Positions 1-9,152 of a stretch of 64,000 nucleotides of DNA are shown here, in pieces (position 1 is the stretch's first letter; every line of letters begins with the position of its first letter). Source of the stretch: Syntrophobacteraceae bacterium. GTDB lineage: Bacteria; Desulfobacterota; Syntrophobacteria; Syntrophobacterales; Syntrophobacteraceae. Where the stretch lies: NCBI GenBank assembly GCA_007125915.1, contig SLCH01000011.1, positions 924 through 64,923 on the forward strand, written 5' to 3'. Position numbers and translations under genes: made by a program. Below the pieces are notes generated by a model. That model searched no databases. It was not told where the DNA came from and saw nothing but the letters and a program-made list of their open reading frames with translations.

Positions 1-791
1 TAAAGGGAGTCGTGTCCCTTGCCGTAGGCCCTGGAAATGGGCAAAAGCTCGTCCAATGAAATGTAGACCATGATGCCGGCTACGGCCCCGAAGAGAAGGC
101 CCATCATTTCTCCGTTGAGGAAAGGCCTGAGAAGAAAGAAGCCCACCAGTGCTCCTGCCGGTTCAGCAAGACCGGATACGAGAGACCAGGCAAAGGCCCG
201 TTTTCGACTGCCGGTGGCGTAGTAAATGGGAACGGAAACGCTGATGCCCTCCGGAATATTGTGAAGGGCGATGGCGATGGCGATGGCCATTCCCAGGGCG
301 GGATCCTGGTAAGCGGCAAGAAAGGTGACCAGGCCTTCGGGGAAGTTGTGAATGCCGATGGCCAGTGCGCAGAAAACACCGGTTCGGTGCAGATTTTTGT
401 TGTTGGGCATAGAAGGCCTGGCTTCACTCTCTTTTGAAGGCTCAGGACCGACTTTTTGGAGCTCCCATTGGGGGCGTATTTCGTGGGGGTTTTCCAGGGT
501 GGGGACCAATCTGTCGATAAGGAAAATCAACGCGATGCCTCCAAAGAAAGAGAGGGGCATCAGCAGTCGCGCCATCTCCTCACCCCGTGCCTCTGTGAGC
601 GACTCGGTGGATTTGGCCAAAATTTCCACAAAGGAAACGTAGAGCATGACGCCCGCCGAAAAGCCTGTGGCCCACGACAGAAAGCGGTAATTTGTTTGCT
701 TGACGAAGAAGGCGATGGCACTGCCTATTCCTGTGGAAAGGCCTGCAAAGGTTGTGAGTCCCAAGGCGAACCAGAAATTGCCATCGCTCAA
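1..791 (-). CDS. zupT: ZIP-family divalent-metal (zinc) transporter, ZupT-like; 3' end cut by window edge; absent from supplied ORF track
   Basis: Own reverse-strand translation from TTG at 791 (GGAGGAG 7 nt upstream) is open down to position 3. It reads ..[84 protein letters not shown]. The paired HNFPEG/HNIPEG motifs are the ZupT/ZIP signature. Confidence 0.8.
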   Translation of the reverse strand, partial: MSDGNFWFALGLTTFAGLSTGIGSAIAFFVKQTNYRFLSWATGFSAGVMLYVSFVEILAKSTESLTEARGEEMARLLMPLSFFGGIALIFLIDRLVPTLENPHEIRPQWELQKVGPEPSKESEARPSMPNNKNLHRTGVFCALAIGIHNFPEGLVTFLAAYQDPALGMAIAIAIALHNIPEGISVSVPIYYATGSRKRAFAWSLVSGLAEPAGALVGFFLLRPFLNGEMMGLLFGAVAGIMVYISLDELLPISRAYGKGHDSL

Positions 792-1110
792 AGCTTTTCT
801 CCTCCAGGTGCTTGGTTTTGAACTTATTATGCGTCAAAGCTCTTGAATACACAATCGCAGAGATCTGGCAAAGAAAGAAGAAAGGGTCCAGATTCTCTGA
901 AAACTCAGGCGCACTGAGTCCTTTGGAATCCCCATGAATTCATGCTCGGGCAAAATGAGGGATTGAATTTTGTCCTGGGAGGTCTTAAGTTAGACTTAAC
1001 GAAGTAAGTGAGCTCCACTAGATTAGATTTGAAACGAGGCGACTGATTATTGAATGGCAAAATCGTGCCTCGATGAGTTGAGAACAAGGGTGGAGCGAAG
1101 GAGGTAAAAA

Positions 1111-1284
1111 ATGAAAACACTCAAAAAAACACTCTTCGGCGTGGCTCTTCTAGGTTCGTTGCTGGCAGCGGGAATGGCTTCCGCAGCATCTTTCAATCCC
1201 GTTGACATGGCTGGTATGCACAAGCAGGGATGTCCGGGTGAGAGAACTTCCCCCTACCCACCCTACTGCCATCCTGCTCCCTAG
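1111..1284 (+). CDS. small secreted peptide, 57 aa, hypothetical (below ORF-track size cut-off)
   Basis: GGAGG 6 nt upstream of ATG. Translation is MKTLKKTLFGVALLGSLLAAGMASAASFNPVDMAGMHKQGCPGERTSPYPPYCHPAP, i.e. a K-rich n-region, hydrophobic core and ASA-type cleavage site, then a Pro-rich mature part with two Cys. Confidence 0.45.
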   Translation: MKTLKKTLFGVALLGSLLAAGMASAASFNPVDMAGMHKQGCPGERTSPYPPYCHPAP

Positions 1285-1412
1285 GGAAGGTTTAGAGCAT
1301 ATTAATATGGTCTGAACGGGAGCGGATCGGGTAAGTTGTACATGACGATCCCTTGAAACTTGAGTGAAGCTGATGTGATCACAGACGTGGAAGTCTAAAG
1401 GAATTGACGGGG

Positions 1413-1460
1413 GTGAAGCCAAGCATGCTCTCTGAGAGCTTGGCTTCACCTCTTTTTTAT
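1413..1460 (+). terminator. Rho-independent terminator
   Basis: Perfect 12-bp stem GTGAAGCCAAGC/GCTTGGCTTCAC followed by CTCTTTTTTATTT. Confidence 0.6.
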
Positions 1461-1851
1461 TTATGGGGAAAAGGTCTCAGGGTTTGAGAACATGACCTCC
1501 CCTGCCAATCAAACCTGCCGGATTCCATGAAACCCCTCACCATGAATAAATGTGAAAAAATTCCTCAAGGCTCTTTTGTGGCGAGCATTGAGCGTGTTAT
1601 GTTGCTCGCGCATGTGCGGGCTCTGGACTTTTGCTTTCGGAGCCGCAAAGATGGCTTGACCATTCCGGTGCTCAGGATAAATCCCGCATCATGATCGCGG
1701 GAAAGACCTCCATCCGTTGGAGCTTCGAGGAGTGCAAGGGGAAATGCTCCACCCGGCGGAGGAATGGAAATATTTCAGTGAGACTACCAAGAGAATCGGT
1801 GTTTTTGACTTTTTGAGAGTCAATTTTTCTGAAGCGGAGGATAAGAGAGAC

Positions 1852-2289
1852 ATGAACATGAAAAAACTTTTCGTCTTTTCAACCCTTTTGGCATTTGTAT
1901 GTGCTGCGGATATGTTTTTTCCCCATCAGTCTCATGGTGCCCGCCCAGAAGGTGGAATCGAGGAAATTCTCCATGAACATCGAGAGTCCCGCAAGGAATC
2001 GGTGGAGCGGGAACAGGGCCGGGCAGCGCAACGGGGAGTCACTATAGGCTCCACCACCGTGGAGGACATTTTCGGTCACCCTCCTTATTCCCGTATTGCC
2101 GAAACGGTTCGGGAACCCGGACACCTGGATGCGCACCGCCGGGCTCGCCTGAAATCGGTGGAGCGTGAGCAGAGCCAGCTGGCCCAGCGCGGAGTCAACA
2201 TAGGAACGAGGACAGTCCAGGATTTTTTTTCCAGCCATGCCGGCATGGTCCACGATTATGAGGAACGTTCCTCTTTGGACGTGCCTTGA
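1852..2289 (+). CDS. secreted hypothetical protein with an internal tandem repeat
   Basis: Start trimmed to MNMKKLFVFSTLLAFVCAA (signal-peptide-like; GGAGG upstream). Two repeats: ESVEREQGRAAQRGVTIGSTTVEDIF and KSVEREQSQLAQRGVNIGTRTVQDFF. Confidence 0.5.
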   Translation: MNMKKLFVFSTLLAFVCAADMFFPHQSHGARPEGGIEEILHEHRESRKESVEREQGRAAQRGVTIGSTTVEDIFGHPPYSRIAETVREPGHLDAHRRARLKSVEREQSQLAQRGVNIGTRTVQDFFSSHAGMVHDYEERSSLDVP

Positions 2290-2382
2290 AGGCTCTGAAG
2301 AGCTGAAAATGTGAATCCAGAGGGTGCTTGTGCCAGAATAGGGCAAGTGTCCAGCCGGGTGTCGTGCGGGGACAACAAATGA

Positions 2383-2423
2383 AAAGGGCCACAGTCAGAA
2401 ACGGCAGCCCTTTGTTTGTTTTC
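2383..2423. terminator. possible bidirectional terminator between the hypothetical gene and tRNA-Leu
   Basis: Stem AAAGGGC/GCCCTTT, with T-rich tracts on both strands (TGTTTGTTTTC on +, TTTTCATTTG on -). Confidence 0.4.
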
Positions 2424-2435
2424 ATTGGTGCTCAA

Positions 2436-2522
2436 TGGTGCCGGAGGAGAGAATCGAACTCTCACGGGGTTGCCCCCACTGGATTTTGAGTCCAGCGCGT
2501 CTACCAGTTCCACCACTCCGGC
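2436..2522 (-). tRNA. tRNA-Leu(CAA)
   Basis: Acceptor GCCGGAG/CTCCGGC. Anticodon arm CTGGA-CTCAAAA-TCCAG. Long variable arm, GTTCGATTC T-loop and encoded CCA. Confidence 0.9.
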
Positions 2523-2753
2523 AAATTTGCTGCGACTATAGACAGATCCCCATAGAGTGTCAATGAAAAAAGCCAGCCATGGAAGTGGTTTAACACCGTT
2601 TTGCCCCCATCCACGCTCTTCATGGGAAGCCATGGGTGAGGCCCTTTTCCTGTTCTTGTCCCCAGCGGTGAAAGGGCAACGGGCATGGTTGGATGACCTG
2701 AACTTTTTCAGTTCTCAAGAGGGGTTGAGAGGGGTTGAAGGAATTGGCGCATC

Positions 2754-3824
2754 ATGGATGAAGTGCTGATATACTTGGGAATAGTTTTCTGTATCACTCA
2801 GTCGGCGACTTTTTCGGGACTCAATCTGGCCGTCTTCAGCTTAAGCCGCCTTCGGCTGGAGACCGCGGCCGAAAGGGGAGACTCCAGGGCCGCGAAGGTG
2901 CTTGCTCTCAGGCGTGACGCCAACTACACTCTCGTCACTATCTTGTGGGGCAATGTGGCCATCAACGTGCTGCTCACCCTCCTTGCCGAATCCATCCTGG
3001 CTGGCGTGGCAGCCTTCCTTTTTTCCACAGTGGTCATCACTTTCATTGGTGAGATCATTCCTCAAGCCTACTTTTCCCGGCACGCCCTTCGCGTTGCAGC
3101 ATTGCTGGCTCCGGTTCTCCGGTTCTACCAGGTGATCCTCTGGCCCATTGCACGCCCCGTGGGAAAACTCCTGGACTTCTGGGTCGGGCCGGAAGGGGTG
3201 CCCTGGCTTCGAGAGCACGAGTTGCGAGAGATTCTTTACCACCATGCCCACAGTGCTTCAACGGAAGTGGGGCCCCTCGAAGCGACGGGCGCCATCAACT
3301 TTCTGGCTCTGGACGATCTGCCGGTGCGACGGGAGGGAGAAGTTTTGGATCCCATGAGCGTCATTCGCCTGCCTGTCCAGGATGGTCACCCCGTGTTCCC
3401 TGCCTTTATGCGGTCTCCCGAAGACCCTTTCATGCGCCATATGGTAGCATCGGGAAAGAAGTGGATTGTCATTACGGACATTGGGGGAGAACCGCGCTTT
3501 GTACTCAATGCCCATATGTTTCTCCGTGAGGCACTCTTTGGGGAGGATCGCTTCGATCCTGTGGCCATGTGTCATCGCCCTCTCCTGGTGCGTGATGGAG
3601 AGTGCAAGTTGGATCAGGTGCTGGGCCGCCTCAGAGTGAGACCGGAACATCCCGGAGACGATGTGGTCGATGAGGATTTGGTGCTTGTGTGGACCGAGGA
3701 AGAAAAACGCATCATCACGGGGTCCGATCTGCTGGGCCGTCTCTTGCGGGGCATCGTGTGGAATCCCGCAATTGGGAAGCAGGGTGGTCCTGCTCGGGAG
3801 CCGGAAAAAAAACTGCATAAGTGA
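2754..3824 (+). CDS. DUF21/CNNM-family membrane protein (TlyC/CorC-like) with divergent C-terminal region
   Basis: N-terminal four-TM DUF21 pattern (GLNLAVFSLS..LRLE.., LVTILWGNVAINV, GEIIPQA). Confidence 0.7.
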   Translation: MDEVLIYLGIVFCITQSATFSGLNLAVFSLSRLRLETAAERGDSRAAKVLALRRDANYTLVTILWGNVAINVLLTLLAESILAGVAAFLFSTVVITFIGEIIPQAYFSRHALRVAALLAPVLRFYQVILWPIARPVGKLLDFWVGPEGVPWLREHELREILYHHAHSASTEVGPLEATGAINFLALDDLPVRREGEVLDPMSVIRLPVQDGHPVFPAFMRSPEDPFMRHMVASGKKWIVITDIGGEPRFVLNAHMFLREALFGEDRFDPVAMCHRPLLVRDGECKLDQVLGRLRVRPEHPGDDVVDEDLVLVWTEEEKRIITGSDLLGRLLRGIVWNPAIGKQGGPAREPEKKLHK

Positions 3825-4050
3825 TTGACAGGCAGGGATGGGTTTGTTATGTTACCCAAGATAGATTGAATACATCACTGCCATTGTTTATTTCAAAAAC
3901 CTTATTCAAATCTGACACCCAAGTACAATGAGATTGTTTTCACAATGGCGTGAAGCCACAGGGCACTGAGATAGTCTGGTCGAGCGGCTCGGTTGTTATA
4001 TTAAAGTTATTTCAGCCGCTTATATCGCAAACCCTCGCATAGGATCGCCC

Positions 4051-4740
4051 ATGCCTCTCATCAAGATCGTTCCAAGTCTCAAAAAGGAAAAGTTGGCCCT
4101 TCGCCTGGGACAGAAACGAGCCGGCAGGATGTCCTACTCAAGTCGTCAAAAAATCAAAAAACTCAACCGAAGACTCGAAGAAATTCTAAAACCCTCCCTT
4201 TATTTCCGCTCCGTACCCCTCCACCGCGTGGGCAAGAGTTACACAGAGCTGGAAGATGGCACAAGATTTCAGAGCGTCAAGCTTTCCAGGACACTCAAAG
4301 GGTGTGAAGAGGTGGTCTGTTTTGCTGCCACCATCGGAGAAACGGTGGAAACGGAAATCTCCCGATTGATAGAGCAGAACAATCTCTCTGAAGCCTACAT
4401 CCTGGACACCATGGGATCCATTCTTGCCGAAAACATGGCCGAAAGCTTTTGGCAGCGCATGAGTTCCCAGTACAAACGGGAGGGGAGGGGAGTTTCCATC
4501 CGCTTCAGTCCCGGATATTGTGACTGGTCCATTTGCGAGCAGGAAAAGCTTTTCCGCTACATCGACACACAGAAGATCCCGGTCACCCTCACCGACAGCT
4601 TTCTCATGTCCCTCCGCAAATCCGTATCGGGAGTTTTCGGTATCTCACACCCTCACTGTGCCCAGGATGTTTCCTCTTACAATCCGTGTGACGAGTGCCG
4701 CAAGGTGGACTGCACTGAAAAGCGGAAGCGCGTTGCCTGA
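4051..4740 (+). CDS. methionine-synthase (MetH) activation-domain-like protein, putative corrinoid reactivation factor
   Basis: RFSPGYCDWSICEQEKLF and VTLTDSFLMSLRKSVSGVFGISHP match the RPxPGYPxCP / VTLTESxxMxPxxSVSG pattern of the MetH reactivation domain. First gene of the methyltransferase operon. Confidence 0.65.
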   Translation: MPLIKIVPSLKKEKLALRLGQKRAGRMSYSSRQKIKKLNRRLEEILKPSLYFRSVPLHRVGKSYTELEDGTRFQSVKLSRTLKGCEEVVCFAATIGETVETEISRLIEQNNLSEAYILDTMGSILAENMAESFWQRMSSQYKREGRGVSIRFSPGYCDWSICEQEKLFRYIDTQKIPVTLTDSFLMSLRKSVSGVFGISHPHCAQDVSSYNPCDECRKVDCTEKRKRVA

Positions 4741-4824
4741 GGCGCGTTCAGCGCCTTGACCCATTCCATTCAATCATGTGACCATTCTTCGTTCCATTCA
4801 TTCACCGGTTTTACAGGAGATTTC

Positions 4825-6285
4825 ATGAAACGAATCGGACTGTCTGGGGGCTCATATAAGCCTCTGGATTCATTGCAAATTGAGAAAATTCATCAGGCCA
4901 CACTGAAGGTTTTTGAAGAAGTGGGGGTCAAAGTCAGTTGCGGAGAGGCCCTTGAACTGTTTGAGGGTGCGGGCGCCAAGGTGGATCGCGAGCAAAAGAT
5001 TGTGAAACTTTCCCCAAAGCTTGTGGAGAAGATTCTGAGCACCACTCCCTCTGACATCAATCTCTGCGGCCGTGACGAAAGCGGAGAGCTCGATTGCGCC
5101 ATTGGGGGCAAGCGTGTTCACCTGGGCACGGGGGGCACGGCACTCAATGTTCAGGAGCCCGGAGCGACGGACAACAGAAGATCCCAACTCAAAGACATCG
5201 TCGACATGGCGCGCATGGTGGATGCTCTCGACAACATTCACTTCTATATGCTCAATGTCTATCCCAATGATTTGCCCATGGAAGACGTGGACGTGAACCG
5301 TTTCGGCGCTGCTCTTAACCGCACGCGAAAGCACGTCATGGGTGGTGTGTACACGGTGGAGGGGGTCAGAAATGTCATTCGCATGGCCGAAATAATTGCG
5401 GGTTCCCCGGAAAAGCTTCGGGAGCGCCCCTTTATTTCCATGGTGGCCTGCGTGATCAGCCCCTTTGTCATTGACGAACATTATGGGAAGTTGGGCATTG
5501 AGGCGGCACGAAACGGCATTCCCCTTGCCGTGCCGGCGGAGCCCCTCTGTGGCGCCACTTCTCCCATCACCCTTGCGGGAAACCTGGTGGTGTTGAATGT
5601 GGACACCCTCGCGGGAGTCATGATGACCCAGCTGGCCAAGGCGGGTGCCCCCGTGCTCTATGGCTGCGTGGCTTCGGTGACCGACTTGAGGGACATGAAG
5701 TATCTGGCCGGTGCCGTGGAAATGGGGCTCATCAACGCGGCGGCGTCTCAGCTGGCCCAGTTTTACAAGATTCCCGTCTACGCCACGGCGGGCATGTCCG
5801 ATGCCAAAATGAACGATCCTCAATCGGGATACGAGTCGGCCATCACCAGTCTTCTGGTTGCCCTTGCCGGTGGCAACTACATTCATGATGCAGCGGGGTT
5901 CATCGAGTTCTGCATGACGGCTTCCTACGACAAACTGGTGATCGATAACGAAATCATCGGAATGGTCATGAGGGCCGTGCAGGGAATCGAGGTGACCGAT
6001 GAAACCATCGCTTATGATCTCCTGAAAAAAGCGGGGCCATCGGGCCATTTTGTCTCTGAACGGCACACGCGCCGGCACATGCGCGCAGAGCATTATCAGC
6101 CTCAGCTCAGCAACCGGGAAGGCCGGGAAAAATGGCAGGCGGACGGATCCAAGGACGCCCGAATCCGGGCTGCGGAAAAATCTCGGGAAATTTTGGGGGC
6201 GCCTCCTGTTTCCTGTATTCCCGAAGACATTCGAAGCCGCCTGAAATCGGAAATTCCAGGCCTGAAACCCTTTGTCATGGAATAG
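4825..6285 (+). CDS. MttB-superfamily methyltransferase, non-pyrrolysine type (quaternary-amine:corrinoid methyltransferase-like)
   Basis: About 486 aa. N-terminal L..IH.ATL.VFEEVGV pattern and full uninterrupted frame (no in-frame TAG). AGGAG upstream of ATG 4825. Followed by pterin-binding and corrinoid proteins. Confidence 0.8.
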   Translation: MKRIGLSGGSYKPLDSLQIEKIHQATLKVFEEVGVKVSCGEALELFEGAGAKVDREQKIVKLSPKLVEKILSTTPSDINLCGRDESGELDCAIGGKRVHLGTGGTALNVQEPGATDNRRSQLKDIVDMARMVDALDNIHFYMLNVYPNDLPMEDVDVNRFGAALNRTRKHVMGGVYTVEGVRNVIRMAEIIAGSPEKLRERPFISMVACVISPFVIDEHYGKLGIEAARNGIPLAVPAEPLCGATSPITLAGNLVVLNVDTLAGVMMTQLAKAGAPVLYGCVASVTDLRDMKYLAGAVEMGLINAAASQLAQFYKIPVYATAGMSDAKMNDPQSGYESAITSLLVALAGGNYIHDAAGFIEFCMTASYDKLVIDNEIIGMVMRAVQGIEVTDETIAYDLLKKAGPSGHFVSERHTRRHMRAEHYQPQLSNREGREKWQADGSKDARIRAAEKSREILGAPPVSCIPEDIRSRLKSEIPGLKPFVME

Positions 6286-7096
6286 AAAAGGGAGTGAAAC
6301 CTTGATTGTTATCGGTGAAAACATCAACGCGACCATTCCTTCGGCCAAAAAGGTGATCATGAGCGGTGACGCCGAAAAGCTGGCCCGAATGGCCGTGGAT
6401 CAAGCCAATGCGGGAGCCGCCTACATTGACGTGAATGTGGCCACGGGAAAGGGAGGGCGCCGGGATGAAATTGCCGTCATGGAATGGGCGGTGAAAGCCA
6501 TCCAGGGTGCTGTGGACAAGCCCCTTTGCATCGACAGTGCCGATCCGGAAGTTCTCGAAGCGGGAATCAGGGCGGCCAGCGGGCCTGTGATGATCAATTC
6601 CACCACTGCCGAATCGGGGCGCATGGAACCGGTGCTCATGCTGGCCAAAAAGTTTGACGCTCCCATCATCGCCCTGGCCATGGACGAGAAAGGCATTCCC
6701 AAGTCGGTGGAGGGCCGTCTCGACGCCTGTGAAAAGATCGTCAATGCCTGCGGGAAAATCGGCATATCTCTTGACAAGGTTTATTTTGACGCCTTGGTGA
6801 TTCCCGTCAGCACCGACGCCAAAGAGGGTGTGGTGACCCTGGAGACCTTGACGGCCATTCAGGAACGGTTTCCAGAATCAAAAACAGTGCTGGGGCTTTC
6901 CAACATATCTTTTGGCCTGCCCGCCAGGGCCAACATCAACGCCGCCTTCCTGCACATGGCCGTTTGGGCGGGACTGGATGCGGTCATCCTGAACCCCACG
7001 GAAAAGGCTCTCATGGGAGCGGTGCGAACCGCAGAAGCCATCATTGGAAAAGACCGCCATTTCCGGCGTTACATGCGCATGTACCGCAAAAGATAA
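6272..7096 (+). CDS. methyltetrahydrofolate:corrinoid methyltransferase (pterin-binding domain, MtgA/AcsE-like)
   Basis: IGENIN..IDVN..PLCIDSADPEVLEAG..MINS..SNISFGLP pattern of pterin-binding methyltransferases. The start may instead be TTG 6302 (GGGAG upstream). Confidence 0.75.
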   Translation: MSWNRKGSETLIVIGENINATIPSAKKVIMSGDAEKLARMAVDQANAGAAYIDVNVATGKGGRRDEIAVMEWAVKAIQGAVDKPLCIDSADPEVLEAGIRAASGPVMINSTTAESGRMEPVLMLAKKFDAPIIALAMDEKGIPKSVEGRLDACEKIVNACGKIGISLDKVYFDALVIPVSTDAKEGVVTLETLTAIQERFPESKTVLGLSNISFGLPARANINAAFLHMAVWAGLDAVILNPTEKALMGAVRTAEAIIGKDRHFRRYMRMYRKR

Positions 7097-7134
7097 AGTT
7101 CAACACATAAGACTTTCAGAGGAAGAAAACCGCT

Positions 7135-7815
7135 ATGAACCAAACGGAATTGCTGGAAAAGATTGCATTCAATGTCATTCAGGGGCGAATGGTGCAGGAC
7201 GATGAAGGCCTGGACGAAGGCCTGGAAGGACAGCCTGCAGTGACGGAACTGGTGGCACAGGCCCTCGATGCGGGCATCAGTCCCAAAAAAATCGTGACCG
7301 AATCCTTGACCAAACCCATGGAAGAGGTGGGAAAGAAATTTGAAACGGGTGAATTCATGATTCCCGACATGCTCGCTTCCGCCGAATGTGTGGGCGCAGC
7401 CATGGATTTGCTCAAGTCGGAGCTCCTCAAGGAAGGGGTGAAAAGCAAGGGCATCTTTGTGATCGCCACCGTTGCGGGCGACCTTCATGACATTGGCAAA
7501 AACATCGTGTCCATTCTCCTGAAAGGAGAGGGATACGAGGTGATCGATCTCAAGACCGATGTGCCCACGGATAAAATCGTGGAAGCCGTGAAGGAGCACA
7601 ACGCTCCTTTTCTGGGGTTGTCGGCGCTGCTCACCACCACCATGGAAACCATGAAAGATGTGGTGGACAAACTGCAGGTGGAGGGTCTTCGTGAGAAAGT
7701 GAAGGTACTCATCGGGGGAGCACCCACATCTTCCGACTTTGCCAGGCAGATCGGTGCGGATGCGCACTGTGCGGATGCCTTTCAGGCCATCGAAGTCTTG
7801 AGGAGATATGCGTGA
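7135..7815 (+). CDS. corrinoid (B12-binding) protein, MtgC/MtbC-like
   Basis: DxHxxG base-off motif (GDLHDIGKNIV). B12-binding helical cap followed by Rossmann-type domain (GLSALLTTT). Confidence 0.85.
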   Translation: MNQTELLEKIAFNVIQGRMVQDDEGLDEGLEGQPAVTELVAQALDAGISPKKIVTESLTKPMEEVGKKFETGEFMIPDMLASAECVGAAMDLLKSELLKEGVKSKGIFVIATVAGDLHDIGKNIVSILLKGEGYEVIDLKTDVPTDKIVEAVKEHNAPFLGLSALLTTTMETMKDVVDKLQVEGLREKVKVLIGGAPTSSDFARQIGADAHCADAFQAIEVLRRYA

Positions 7816-9029
7816 AGAATCAGGAACAAGTAAAAATTTCAACGGAAAAACTGGGCGAGCCGACCGTGGAAATGCTGCGGCAGACTCACGAAGACGCCCT
7901 GTGGATCCTTGAAAACCTGGGGGTGGGCTGCAAACAGCCTGAAATGCAGGCGGCCTTTCGTCCGCTGGAAGCCGAGGGGCTTGCCTTCATTCATGAAGAT
8001 CGGATCTATGTCACAACAGACCTGGTGAAAAAGTGCCTGGAAACGGTGCCGGGTCTCAAGGATTTTTTTGTGCCGCGCAACAGCTTTTTTATTGGGGGAA
8101 CGGCACCCTACGTCTATGACGATGCATCGGGCGAGGGGGGCATTCTTCCCACGGAAGAGCATGTGGTGCGCATTGCAAAAATTGCAGAAAAGTCCTCTGT
8201 GGTGGCGGGAATGGGCAGAGGTGTGAAACTCAAGGATGAAGTGGTTCAGATGAACATCATGAACCAATACTGCTCCAAACCTCTTTATTTCGCGGTCACC
8301 TCCGACGAGGCGCTCAAGCGGGCCCGTGAGATCTACGAAACGCGCAAAAACATCATGATCGTCTTTTGTCTCACCCGCCCGCCTTTAGAGGTCAACGAGA
8401 ATTTTTCCGATCATTTCGTCAAGGTGGTGCAGGCGGGTCTCCCCGTTTTCATTTCCGCCATGCCCATGGCCGGCATCAGCGCACCCTTTTGCTACAACGG
8501 GGTTCTGGCCATGACTCACGCTGAGGTGCTTTTCGGCATCTGCACCGCTCAGCTCATGAATCCAGGCATCACCTGCATACACGCCGGGTTTCCCACCATC
8601 GCGGACCCCCGGATCGAATACAATCCCAATTATGGGCTCATCAGCCACAATCTGCTCAATCTTCTCATGACTCACCTGAATCTCATGCTGGACCTGCCCA
8701 CCTTTCAAAGTGCGGGAACCACTCATGAAGAGCACCCCACGGAGCGTGCCTTTGCCGATGCCAGGATGGGCCAGGCCATGTGTCTCAAGTACGGTTTCCA
8801 CATGATTCGCCACCCATTCGCCTTTCTCCGGTACCTCATTGATTTTTCCATCGACAAGCTGGAAAAGAGTGTGGAACTGGCCCTGAAGGTGAAGCCCGAA
8901 GATGCGCCTCAGGTGCAAATGCCCGTGTACGACGAAAGGGGCATGGAATCCATAAGGAATATCGGTTTGGGCATGTACATGGACGATCCGCTGACAACGG
9001 CCAATTTTGGAAAGGTTTTTGCCTCATGA
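7812..9029 (+). CDS. short MttB-superfamily paralog (X1), 405 aa
   Basis: GTGA overlap with the corrinoid protein stop. The N-terminus (HEDALWILENLGVGC..) has the same pattern as the MttB at 4825 but is about 80 aa shorter. Clear paralog of 13567..14739. Confidence 0.6.
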   Translation: MKNQEQVKISTEKLGEPTVEMLRQTHEDALWILENLGVGCKQPEMQAAFRPLEAEGLAFIHEDRIYVTTDLVKKCLETVPGLKDFFVPRNSFFIGGTAPYVYDDASGEGGILPTEEHVVRIAKIAEKSSVVAGMGRGVKLKDEVVQMNIMNQYCSKPLYFAVTSDEALKRAREIYETRKNIMIVFCLTRPPLEVNENFSDHFVKVVQAGLPVFISAMPMAGISAPFCYNGVLAMTHAEVLFGICTAQLMNPGITCIHAGFPTIADPRIEYNPNYGLISHNLLNLLMTHLNLMLDLPTFQSAGTTHEEHPTERAFADARMGQAMCLKYGFHMIRHPFAFLRYLIDFSIDKLEKSVELALKVKPEDAPQVQMPVYDERGMESIRNIGLGMYMDDPLTTANFGKVFAS

Positions 9030-9103
9030 TTCTGGTCCCCCTTTCATGGGAACCTGAAACCCTTTTGGCTTCCCTCAGGCAGGAGAAGAAGTCACGGGCA
9101 CAG

Positions 9104-9147
9104 CGGGTGGAGAGTTGAAACGCCATCGCAGCTGAAAGGTGGTTCGA
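9104..9147 (+). pseudogene. relic of asnB 3' end
   Basis: GGGTGGAGAGTTGAAACGCCATCGCAGCTGAAAGGTGGTTCGA aligns with the asnB tail GGTGGATGGGGATTTGAAACACGATCACAATGAAATGGTGGCTTGA. Confidence 0.45.
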
Positions 9148-9152
9148 TCCAG

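Noticed and set aside
1527-1694. 55-aa ORF (MKPLTMNKCEKIPQGSFVASIERVMLLAHVRALDF..) between the terminator at 1460 and the repeat protein.
   Set aside because: It has no RBS and no recognisable family. It competes with an equally unconvincing overlapping ORF (1631..1816).
3825-4050. Cobalamin riboswitch upstream of the corrinoid methyltransferase operon.
   Set aside because: The region is AT-rich and promoter-like. I could not find the conserved B12-box or a convincing multi-stem core by eye. A covariance-model scan would be needed to be sure.
4870-6360. Very long antisense ORFs. Examples: 4870..6360(-), 18569..19813(-), 31699..33111(-), 36803..38299(+), 45809..47860(+), 55181..56293(-), 58574..59476(-), 24672..25343(-).
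   Set aside because: Each lies opposite a gene with clear family motifs. Their translations are low-complexity, His/Arg/Gly-rich and lack motifs. These are typical shadow ORFs of GC-rich coding DNA.
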